From contig NC_057727.1 of the NCBI RefSeq assembly GCF_004010195.1, positions 63,327,243-63,391,242 of the forward strand: DNA of 64,000 nt. Direction: 5' to 3'. The position numbers and the translations under genes were made by a program. Position 1 is the first letter of the stretch. Every line of letters begins with the position of its first letter. The stretch comes from Chiloscyllium plagiosum. Its lineage: Eukaryota. The notes below the pieces were generated by a model. That model was not told the DNA's origin. It did not search any database and was given only the letters and a program-made list of their open reading frames with translations. This document shows, piece by piece, positions 28,501-40,500 of the stretch.

Positions 28501-31500
28501 CTGTGTTCTGTGTCACTGTAATGTGCAGTTCAAATTTCTATTTGGTTAAAGAACAAAGACATGAATAGTGACAAACAACGCACAGCATCAAAATAATTAC
28601 ACGTGCACTTCCAGCTTGAAGTCAGAGTTCTATAAGTGAGGAGGCATTCCCCAAATCAATACACACTGCAATCAGAGAGAGGGTCTCACTGTGTTAGAGC
28701 GGGGCTCAGAGAGAGTGTCTCACTGTGTTAGAGCTGGGNNNNNNNNNNNNNNNNNNNNNNNNNNNNNNNNNNNNNNNNNNNNNNNNNNNNNNNNNNNNNN
28801 NNNNNNNNNNNNNNNNNNNNNNNNNNNNNNNNNNNNNNNNNNNNNNNNNNNNNNNNNNNNNNNNNNNNNNNNNNNNNNNNNNNNNNNNNNNNNNNNNNNN
28901 NNNNNNNNNNNNNNNNNNNNNNNNNNNNNNNNNNNNNNNNNNNNNNNNNNNNNNNNNNNNNNNNNNNNNNNNNNNNNNNNNNNNNNNNNNNNNNNNNNNN
29001 NNNNNNNNNNNNNNNNNNNNNNNNNNNNNNNNNNNNNNNNNNNNNNNNNNNNNNNNNNNNNNNNNNNNNNNNNNNNNNNNNNNNNNNNNNNNNNNNNNNN
29101 NNNNNNNNNNNNNNNNNNNNNNNNNNNNNNNNNNNNNNNNNNNNNNNNNNNNNNNNNNNNNNNNNNNNNNNNNNNNNNNNNNNNNNNNNNNNNNNNNNNN
29201 NNNNNNNNNNNNNNNNNNNNNNNNNNNNNNNNNNNNNNAGCTGGGATCAGAGAGAGTGTCACTCTGTGTTAAAACTGGGATCAGAGAGAGTGTCTCACTG
29301 TAATGGAGCTGTGCTCAGAGAGAGGGTCTCACTGTGTTAAAACTGGGATCAGAGAGAGTGTCTCACTGTGTTAGAGCTGGGATCAGACAGAGGATCACAT
29401 TGTGTTGGAGCCAGAATCAGAGAGAGGGTCTCACTTTATTCGAGTTGGGATCAGAGAGAGGGTCTCACTGTGTTAAAACTGGGATCGGAGAGAGTGTCTC
29501 ACTACGTTCGAGCTGTGATCAGAGGGTCTCACTGTTTTGGAGCTGTGATCAAAGAGAGCTGGGATCAGAGAGAGTGTCTCACAGTAATGGAGCTGGGCTC
29601 AGAGAGAGGGTCTCACTGTGTTAGAGTTGGGATCAGAGAGTGGGTCTCACTGTATTGGAGCTGGGATCAGAGAGAGTGTCACTCTGTGTTAGAGCTGGGA
29701 TCACAGAGAGTGTCTCACTGTAATGGAGCTGGGCTCAGAGAGAGTGTCTTACTGTGTTAGAGCTGGGATCAGAGTGAGTGTCTCAGTGTAATGGAGCTGG
29801 GCTCAGAGAGCGGGTCTCACTGTGTTAGAGTTGGGATCAGAGAGAGGGTCTCACTGTGTTAAAACTGGGATCGGAGAGAGTGTCTCACTATGTTCGAGCT
29901 GTGATCAGAGGGTCTCACTGTGTTGGAGCTGGGATCAGAGAGACGGTCTCACTGTGTTAGAGCTTGGATCAGAGAGAGTGTCTCACTTTGTTCGAGGTTG
30001 GATTAGACAGAGGGTCTCATCGTGTTGCAGCTGTGATCAGAGAGAGTGTCTCACTGTGTTAGAACTCGGATCAGAGAGAAGATCTTACTGTGATGGCGAT
30101 GGGATCAGAGAGTGGGTCTCACTGTGTTAGAGTTGGGATCAGAGAGAAGATCTTACTGTGATGGCGATGGGATCAGAGAGCGGGTCTCACTGTGTTAGAG
30201 TTGGGATCAGAGAGAGTGTCTCACTGTGTTCGAACTGGTATCAGACAGAGGATCTCACTGTGTTGGAGCTGGGATCAGAGAGAGTGTGTCACTGAGTTCG
30301 AGCTGGGATCAGCAAGAGATTCTCACTGTGTTGGAGCTGGGATCAGAGAGAGAGAGTCTCACTGTGTTAGTGCTGGGATCAGCGAGAGTGTCTCACTGTG
30401 TTAGAGCTGGGATCAGAGTGAGTCTCTCACTGTAATGGAGCTGGGATCAGAGAACGGGTCTCACTGTGTTAGAGTTGGGATCAGAGAGAGGGTCTCACTT
30501 TGTTCGAAGTGGGATCAGAGAGAGTGTCTCACTGTGTTAGAACTGGGATCCGACAGAGTGTGTCACTGTGTTAGAGCTGGGATCAGAGAGTGTCTCACTG
30601 TAATGGAGCTGGGATCAGAGAGAGGTCTGACTGTGTTAGAATTGGGATCAGCGAGAGTGTCTCACTGTGTTAGAGCTGCGATCAGAGAGAGGGTCTCACT
30701 TTGCTAGAAGTGGGATCAGAGAGAGTGTCTCACTGTGTTAGTGCTGGGATCAGAGAGACGGTCTCACTGTTAGAGCTGGGTTCAGATAGAGTGACTTACT
30801 GTGTTAGAACTGGGATCAGAGAGAGTGTCTCACTGTAATGGAGCTGGGATCAGAGAGAGGTCTGACTGTGTTAGAATTGGGATCAGCGAGAGTGTCTCAA
30901 TGTGTTAGAGCTGAGATCAGAGAGAGGGTCTCACTGTGTTAAAACTGGGATCGGAGAGAGGGTCTCACTGTGTTAGTGCTGGGATCAGAGAGAAAGTCTC
31001 ACTGTGTTAGAGCTGGGATCAGAGTGAGTCTCTCACTGTAATGGAGCTGGGCTCAGAGAACGGGTCTCACTGTGTTAGAGCTGCGATCAGAGAGAGGGTC
31101 TCACTTTGTTAGAAGTGGGATCCGACAGAGTGTCTCACTGTGTTCGAACTGGGATCAGACAGAGTGTGTCACTGTGTTAGAGCTGGGATCAGAGAGTGTC
31201 TCATTGTAATGGAGCTGGGATCAGAGAGAGGTCTGACTGTGTTAGAATTGGGATCAGCGAGAGTGTCTCACTGTGTTAGAGCTGCGATCAGAGAGAGGGT
31301 CTCACTTTGCTAGAAGTGGGATCCGACAGAGTGTGTCACTGTGTTAGTAGTGGGATCCGACAGAGTGTGTCACTGTGTTAGAGCTGGGATCAGAGAGAGT
31401 CTCTCACTGTGTTAGAGCTGGGTTCAGAGAGAGTGTCTCACTGTAATGGAGCTGGGTTCAGAGAGAGTTTCTCTCTGTGTTAGAGCTGGGATCAGAGAGA

Positions 31501-34500
31501 GGTCTCACTGTGTTAGAATTGGGATCAGCGAGAGTGTCTCAATATGTTAGAGCTGGGATCAGAGAGAGGGTCTCACTGTGTTAAAACTGGAATCAGAGAG
31601 AGGGTCTCACTGTGTTAAAACTGGGATCAGACAGAGGATCACATTGTGTTAGAGCCAGAATCAGAGAGAGGGTCTCACTTTGTTCGAGTTGGGATCAGAG
31701 GGAGGGTCTTACTGTGTTAGAGCTGGGATCAGAGGGAGGGTGTCACTGTGGTAGAGTTGGGAACAGAGAGATGGTGTTTCTGTGTTGGAGGTGGGATCGG
31801 AGAAAGTGTCTCACTGTGTTAGAGCTGGGATCAGGTAGAGTGACTCACTGTGTTGGAGCTAGGATCAGAGAGAGTGTCTCTCTGTGATAGAAGTGGGATC
31901 AGACAGAGTGTCTCACCGTGTTGGAACTGGGATAAGAGAGAGTGTCTCACTGTTATGGAGCTGGGATCAGAGAGAGTGTCTCACTGTAGTGGAGCTGGGA
32001 TCAGAGAGAGGGTCTGACTGTGTTAGAATTGGGATCAGCGAGAGTGTCTCACTGTGTGAGAGCTGGGATCAGAGAGAGGATCTCACTGTGTTAAAACCGG
32101 GATCAGCGAGCGTGTCTCACTGTGTTAGAGCTGGGATCAGAGTGTCTCACTGTGTTAGAGCTGCGATCAGAGAGAGGGTCTCACTTTGCTAGAAGTGGGA
32201 TCAGAGAGAGTGTCTCACTGTGTTAGAACTGGGATCAGACAGAGTGTGTCACTGTGTTGGAGCTGGGCTCAGAGAGAGTGTCACTCTGTGTTAGAGCTGG
32301 GATCAGAGAGAGTGTCTCACTGTGTTAGAGCTGGGATCAGAAAGAGTGTCTCACTGTGTTAGAGCTGGGATCAGAAAGAGTGTTTCACTGTAATGGAGCT
32401 GGGCTCAGAGAGCGGGTCTCACAGTGCTAGAGTTGGGATCAGAGAGAGGGTCTCTCTGTCTTCGAGCTGGGATCAGAGAGAGTGTCTTACTGTGTTAGAA
32501 CTGGGATCAGACAGAGGGTGTCACTGTGTTGGAGCTGGGATCGAGAGAGTGTCTCAGTGTGTTAGAGCTGGGATCAGTGAGAGTGTCTTACTGTGTTAGA
32601 ACTGGGATCAGAGAGTGTGTCTCACTGTAATGGAGCTGGGATCAGAGAGAGTCTGACTGTGTTAGAATTGGGATCAGCGAGAGTGTCTCACTGTGTTAGA
32701 GCTGGGATCAGAGAGAGGGTCTCACTGTGTTAAAATGGGATCAGAGACAGTGTCTCACTGTGTTGGAGCTGCGATCAGAGAGACGGTCTCACTGTGTTAG
32801 AGCTGGGATCAGACAGAGGATCTCATTGTGTTGGAGCCAGGATCAGAGAGAGGGTCACACTGTGTTAGAGCTGGAGTCAGACAGAGGATCTGATTGTGTT
32901 GGAGCCAGGATCAGAGAGAGGGTCCCACATTGTTCGAGCTGGGATCAGAGGGAGGGTCTCACTGTTGTAGAGTTGGGATCAGAGAGATGGTGTTTCTGTG
33001 TTGGAGGTGGGATCAGAGAGTGGGTCTCATTGACTTCGAGCTGGGATCAGAGAGAGTGTCTTCTTGTGGTAGTGCTGGGATCAGAGAGAGGGTGTCACTG
33101 TGTTGGAGCTGAGATCAGAGAGACGGTCTCACTGTGTTAGAGCTGGGATCAGAGAGAGTGTCTCACCATGTGGGAACTGGGATAAGAGAGAGTGTCTAAC
33201 TGTAGTGGAGCTGGGATCAGAGAGAGGCTCTGACTTTGTTAGAATTGGGATCAGAGGGAGTGTCTCACTGTGTTAGAACTGGGATCAGACAGAGGGTGTC
33301 ACTGTGTTGGAGCTGGGATCAGAGAGAGGATCTCACTGTGTTAAAATTGGGATCAGAGAGTGTGTCATTGTGTTCGAGCTGGGATCAGAGAGAGTGTCTC
33401 ACTGTGTTAAAACTGAGATCAGAGAGAGTGTCTCACTGTGTTGGAGCTGGGATCAGAGAGAGGGTCTCACGGTGTTAGAGCTGGGATCAGAGAGAGTGTG
33501 TCACTGTGTTGGAGCTGGGATCAGAGAGAGTGTCTCAATGTAATGGAGCTGGGGTCAGAGAGAGTGTGTCACTGTGTTGGAGCTGGGATCAGAGAGAGGG
33601 TCTCACTGTGATAGAAGTGGGATCAGAGAGAGTGTCTCACTGTGTTAGAACTGGGATCAGACACAGGGTGTCACTGTGTTGGAGCTGGGATCAGAGAGAG
33701 TGTTTCACTGTGTTAGAGCTGGGATCAGATAGAGTATCTCACTGTGTTAGAGCTGGGATCAGAGAGACGGTCTCACTGTGTTAGAGCTGGGATCAGAGAG
33801 AGCGTCTCACTGTAATGGAGCTGGGCTCAGAGAGAGGGTCTCACTGTGTTACAGCTGGGATCAGAAAGAATGTTTCACTGTAATGGAGCTGGGCTCAGAG
33901 GGCGGGTCTCACAGTGTTAGAGTTGGGATCAGAGAGAGGGTCTCTCTGTCTTAGAGCTGGGATCAGAGAGGATCTCCCTGTGGTAGAGCTGCGAACAGAG
34001 AGAGGGTCTCACTTTGTTAGAAGTGGGATCAGAGAGAGTGTCTCACTGTGTTAGAACTGGGATCCGACAGAGTGTCTTACTGTGTTAGAGCTGGGATCAG
34101 AGTGAGTGTCTCACTGTAATGGAGCTGGGCTCAAAGAGCGGGTCTCACTGTGTTAGAGTTGGGATCAGAGCGAGTGTCTCACTGTGTTAAAACTGAGATC
34201 AGACAGAGTGTCTCACTATGTTCGAGCTGTGATCAGAGGGTCTCACTGTGTTGGAGCTGCGATCAAAGAGAGGGTCTCACTGTGTTAGAACTGGGATCAG
34301 ACAGAGGGTGTCACTGTGTTGGAGCTGGGATCAGAGAGAGTGTCTCACTGTGTTAGAGCTGGGATCAGTGAGAGTGTCTTACTGTAATAGAACTGGGATC
34401 AGAGAGTTTGTCTCACTGTAATGGAGATGGGATCAGAGAGAGGTCTGACTGTGTTAGAATTGGGATCAGCGAGAGTGTCTCACTGTGTTAGAGCTGGGAT

Positions 34501-37500
34501 CAGAGAGAGGGTCTCACTGTGTTAAAACTGGGATCAGAGAGAGTGTGCCATTGTGTTGGAATGGGATCAGATAGAGTGTCTCACTGTGTTGGAGCTGCGA
34601 TCAGAGAGACGGTCTCACTGTGTTAGAGCTGGGATCAGACAGAGGATCTCATTGTGTTGGAGCCAGGATCAGAGAGAGGGTCACACTGTGTTCGAGCTGG
34701 AGTCAGACAGAGGATCTGATTGTGTTGGAGCCAGGATCAGAGAGAGGGTGTCACTGTGTTGGAGCTGAGATCAGAGGGAGGGTCTCATTGTGTTAGAGCT
34801 GGGATCAGAGAGTGCGTCTCACTGACTTCGAGCTGGGATCAGAGAGAGAGTCCTCTTGTGGTAGTGCTGGGATCAGAGAGAGGGTGTCACTGTGTTGGAG
34901 CTGAGTTCAGAGAGACGGTCTCACTGTGTTAGAGCTGGGATCAGAGAGAGTGTCTCACCGTGTTGGAACTGGGATAAGAGAGAGTGTCTCACTGTAGTGG
35001 AGCTGGGATCAGAGAGAGGGTCTGACTGTGTTAGAATTGGGATCAGAGGGAGTGTCTCATTGTGTTAGAGCTGGGATCAGAGAGAGGGTCTCACTGTGTT
35101 AAAACTGGGATCAGAGAGAGTGTGACACTGTGTTAGAGCTGTGATCAGAGAGAAGGTCTTACTGTGTTGGAGCTGGGATCAGAGAGAGGGTCCCACTGTG
35201 ATAGAAGTGGGATCAGAGAGAGTGTCTCACTGTGTTAGAACTGGGATCAGACAGAGGGTGTCACTGTGTTGGAGCTGGGATCAGAGAGAGGATCTCACTT
35301 TGTTAAAACTGGGATCAGAGAGTGTGTCATTGTGTTGGAGCTGGGATCAGAGAGAAGGTCTCACTGTGATAGAAGTGGGATCAGAGAGAGTGTCTCACTG
35401 TGTTAGAACTGGGATCAGACAGAGGGTGTCACTGTGTTGGAGCTGGGCTCAGAGAGAGTGTCTCACTGTGTTAGAGCTGGGATCAGATAGAGTATCTCAC
35501 TGTGTTAGAGCTGGGATCAGAGAGACGGTCTCGCTGTGTTAGAGCTGGGTTCAGAGAGAGCGTCTCACTGTAATGGAGCTGGGCTCAGAGAGAGGGTCTC
35601 TCTGTCTTAGAGCTGGGATCAGAGAGAGAATCTCCCTGTGGTAGAGCTGCGAACAGAGAGAGGGTCTCACTTTGTTAGAAGTGGGATCAGAGAGAGTGTC
35701 TCACTGTGTTAGAACTGGGATCCGACAGAGTGTCTTACTGTGTTAGAGCTGGGATCAGAGTGAGTGTCTCACTGTAATGGAGCTGGGCTCAGAGAGCGGG
35801 TCTCACTGTGTTAGAGTTGGGATCAGAGATAGGGTCTCACTGTGTTAAAACTGGGGTCGGAGAGAGTGTCTCACTATGTTCGAGCTGTGATCAGAGGGTC
35901 TCACTGTGTTAGAGCTGGGATCAGAGAGAAGACCTCACTGTGTTGGAGCTGGGATCAGAGAGAGGGTCTCACTGTGTTAGAGCTGGGATCAGAGAGAGTG
36001 TCTCACTTTGTTCAAGGTTGGATTAGAGAGAGGGTCTCATCATGTTGCAGCTGTGATCAGAGAGAGTGTCTCACTGTGTTAGAACTCGGATCAGAAAGAG
36101 AGTCTAACTGTGTTGGAGCTGGGATCAGAGAGACGGTCTCACTGTGTTAGAGCTGGGATCAGACAGAGGATCACATTGTGTTGGAGCCAGGATCAGAGAG
36201 AGGGTCTCACGGTGTTAGAAGTGGGATCAGAGAGAGTGTCACACTGTGTTGGAGCTGGGATCAGAGTAAGTGTCTCACTGTGTTATAGCTGGAATCAGTG
36301 AGAATGTCTCACTGTGTTAGAGCTGGGATCAGAGAGAGTGTCTCACTGTAATGGAGCTGGGCTCAGAGACAGTGTCGCACTGTGTTAGAGCTGGGATCAG
36401 AGAGAGGGTCTCACTGTGTTAAAACCGGGATCAGCGAAAGTGTCTCACTGTGTTAGAGCTGGGATCACAGAGAGGGTCTCACTGTGTTAAAACTGGGATC
36501 AGAGAGAGTGTGTCACTGTGTTAGAGCTGGGATCAGAGAGAGTGTCTCACTGGTTTGGAGCTGCGATCAGAGAGACGGTCTCACTGTGTTAGAACTGGAA
36601 TCAGACAGAGGATCTCATCATGTTGGAGCCAGGATCAGAGAGAGGGTCTCACTTTGTTCGAGCTGCGATCAGAGAGAGGGTCTCACTGTGTTAGAGCTGG
36701 GATCTGAGAGAGGGTGTCACTGTGTTCGAGCTGGGATCAGAGGGAGGGTCTCACTGTGGTAGAGATGGGATCAGAGAGATGGTATTTCTGTGTTGGAGGT
36801 GGGATCAGAGAGAGGGTCTCACTGTGTTAGAGCTGGGATCAGAGAGAGGGTCACACTGTGATAGAGCTGGGATCAGAGAGAGTGTCTCACAGTGTTCGCG
36901 CTGGGATCAGAGAGAGGGTGTCACTGTTTTGGAGTTGGGATCAGAGAGAGGGTCTCACTGTGTTAAAACTGGGATCAGAGAGAGTGTCTCTCTGTGTTAG
37001 AGCTGGGATCAAATAGAGTGTCTCACTGTGTTACAGCTGGGATCAGAGAGAGGGTCTCACTCTGTTAAAACCGGGATCAGAGAGAGTGTGTCACTGTGTT
37101 AGAGCTGGGATCACAGAGAGGGTCTCACTCTGTTAAAACCGGGATCAGAGAGAGTGTGTCACTGTGTTAGAGCTGGGATCAGAGAGACTGTCTCACTGGT
37201 TTGGAGCTGTGATCAGAGAGACGGTCTCATTGTGTTAGAGCTGGGAACAGAGAGTCTCACTGTGTTAGAGCTGTGATCAGAGAGACGGTCTCACTGTGTT
37301 AGAGCTGGGATCAGCGAGAACGTCTCACTGTGTTAGAGCTGGGATCAGAGAGAGGGTCTCACTGTGTTAGAACTGGAATCAGACAGAGGATCTCATCATG
37401 TTGGAGCCAGGACCAGAGAGAGGGTCTCACTTTGTTCGAGCTGGGATCAGAGAGAGGGTCTCACTGTGTTAGAGCTGGGATCTGAGAGAGGGTGTCACTG

Positions 37501-40500
37501 TGTTCGAGCTAGGATCAGAGGGAGGGTCTCACTGTGGTAGAGATGGGATCAGAGAGATGGTATTTCTGTGTTGGAGGTGGGATCAGAGAGAGTGTCTCAT
37601 TGTGTTAGAGCTGGGATCAGAAAGTTGATCTCACTGTGTTAGAGCTGGGATCAGAGAGTGGGTCTCACTGTGATGGAGCTGGGATCAGATAGAGTGTCTC
37701 ACAGTGTTCGCGCTGGGATCAGAGAGAGGGTGTCACTGTGTTGGAGCTGGGATCAGAGAGAGTGTCTCTCTGTGTTAGAGCTGGGATCAGATAGAGTGTG
37801 TCACTGTGTTACAGCTGGGATCAGAGAGAGGGTCTCACTGTGTTAGAGCTGGGATCAGAGAGGTCTGACTGTGTTAGAATTGGGATCAGCGAGAGTGTCT
37901 CACTGTGTTAGAGCTGGGATCAGAGAGAGGGTCACACTGTGTTAAAACCGGGATCAGAGAGAGTGTCTCACTGTGTTGGAGCTGCGATCAGAGAGACAGT
38001 CTCAGAGTGTTAGAGCTAGGATCAGAGAGAGTGTCTCACTGTGTTAGAACTGGAATCAGACAGAGGATCTCATTGTGTTGGAGCCAGGATCAGAGAGAGG
38101 GTCTCACTTTGTTCAAGCTGGGATCAGAGAGAGTGTCTCACTGTGTTAGAGCTGGGATCTGAGAGAGTGTGTCACTGTGTTAGAGCTGGGATCTGAGAGA
38201 GTGTCTCACTGTGTTAGAGCTGGGATCTGAGAAAGGCTGTCACTGTGTTCGAGCTGGGATCAGAGGGAGGGTCTCGCTGTGGTAGAGTTGAGATCAGAGA
38301 GATGGTGTTTCTGTGTTAGAGCTGGGATCAGAGAGAGGGTCTCACTGTGATAGAGCTGGGATCAGAGAGAGTGTCTCACAGTGTTCGCGCTGGGATCAGA
38401 GAGAGGGTGTCTCTGTGTTAGAGCTGGGATCAGAGAGGTCTGACTGTGTTAGAATTGGGATCAGCGAGAGTGTCTCTCTGTGTTAGAGCTGGGATCAGAT
38501 AGAGTGTCTCACTGTGTTACAGCTGGGATCAGAGAGAGGGTCTCACTGTGTTAGAGCTGGGATCAGAGAGGTCTGACTGTGTTAGAATTGGGATCAGCGA
38601 GAGTGTCTCACTGTGTTAGAGCTTGGTTCAGAGAGAGGGTCACACTGTGTTAAAACCGGGATCAAAGAGAGTGTCTCACTGTGTTAGAGCTGGGATCAGA
38701 GTGAGTCTCTCACTGTAATGGAGCTGGGCTCAGAGAGTGGGTCTCACTGTGTTAGAGTTGGGATCAGAGAGAGTGTCTCACTGTGTTAGTGCTGAGATCA
38801 GAGAAAGTGTCTCACTGTGTTAGAGTTGGGATCAGAGAGAGTGTCTCAATGTGTTGGAGCTGGGATCAGAGAGAGTGTCTCACTGTGTTAGGACTGGGAT
38901 CAGACTAAACATCCCATTGTGTTGGAGCTGGCATCAGAGAGAAGGTCTCACTTTGTTCGAGCTGGTATCAGAGAGAGGGTCTCACTTTATTAGAGGTTGG
39001 ATTAGAGAGAGGCTCTCACTGTGTTAGAGCTGGGATCAGAGAGAGTGTCTCACTGTGTTAGAGCTGGGATCAAAGAGACAGTGTCTCACTGTGTTAGAAC
39101 TGGAATCAGAGAGAAAGTCTCACTGTGTTAGAGCTGGGATCAGACAGAGTGTCTCACTGTGTTAGAGCTGAGATCAGAGAGAGTGTCTCACTGTGTTAGG
39201 ACTGGTATCAGAGAGAGGGTCTCACTGTGTTAGAGGTTGGATTAGAGAGAGGGTGTCACTGTGTTAGGGATGGGATCAGAGAGATGGTCTTACTGTGTTG
39301 TAGGTGGTATCAGAGAGAGGATCTCACTGTGTTAGAGCTGGGATCAGAGAGACAGTCTCACTGTGTTAGAGCTGGGATCAGAGAGAGGGTCTCACTGTGT
39401 TAGAACTGGGATTAGAGAGAGGGTCTCACTGTGTTAGAACTGGGATCAGAGAGAGTGTCTCACTGTGTTGGAGCTGGGATCAGAGAGAGGGTCTCACTGT
39501 GTTAGAACTGGGATCAGAGAGAGGGTCTCACTGTGTCAGAACTGGGATCAGAGAGAGGGTCTCACTGTGTTAGAACTGGGATCAGAGAGAGTGTCTCACT
39601 GTGTTGGAGCTGGGATCAGAGAGAGGGTCTCACTGTGTTAGAACTGGGATCAGAGAGAGGGTCTCACTGTGTTAGAACTGGGATCAGAGAGAGTGTCTCA
39701 CTGTGTTGGAGCTGGGATCAGAGAGAGGGTCTCACTGTGTTAGAACTGGGATCAGAGAGAGGGTCTCACTGTGTTAGAGTTGGGTTCAGAGAGAGGGTCT
39801 CACTGTGTTGGAGCTGGGATCAGAGAGAACCACTCACTAACAGTCTATGCGTAGTCCCCGTTTGTCTCTCGGGGCTGTAATAATCTCTCTCTAATTTTCC
39901 TGTTCAACCATTTGGTGTGCTTGAAAACTCTGAAGAATAAATCCCCCACAGCCTTCTTTAAGGAGCTCAGTGACATATGGGGTTCTGACTGTTCTGGGAG
40001 CTGTTTTTCTGCTCGGCCATGTATTCATCAGGATTTTGAGCTCAAGACTGCGTTCTATGCCATGCGATCCTCACCCTCTCTTCAGCCTGGCGACCGAATC
40101 CCCGGAGTGGGACAGTAATGCTGCCCATTGGATCTACACTGAATTCATCTCTCGCAGACGCAGGGACCGTGTCAATGATTGTGTACTGCAATAAAGATGG
40201 AGATCAATTCGCAAATTAATTCACCTGTTTGTCCACAACTCAAAACATTTAATTCCAGATAGTTCGTTTCAACCACAACATACATTTCTTTAGAGTTTCA
40301 ATTCAATAAAGAAAAATATGGAATTAAGTGTCTAATGATCACGATGAATTTATTGTCAATTGTCAGAAAAACCCATCAGGTTCATTAATATCCTTTCGGT
40401 AAGGAAGCTGCTATTCTTGTTTGGTCTGGCAAATATATGACTCCAAACCCACAGCAATTTGCTTGACTCTTAAGTGCCCTCTCGACAATTAGGGATGAGT

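Noticed and set aside
28691-29303. 180-193 aa ORFs
   Set aside because: Artefacts of reading through the 500-N gap.
28671-39830. CRISPR-like array of ~34-bp repeats
   Set aside because: Units are head-to-tail with no unique spacers, there are no cas genes, and the context is a eukaryotic intron.
29334-39880. Many LELGSER/CWSWDQRE ORFs
   Set aside because: Frame-cycling translations of the 34-bp satellite.
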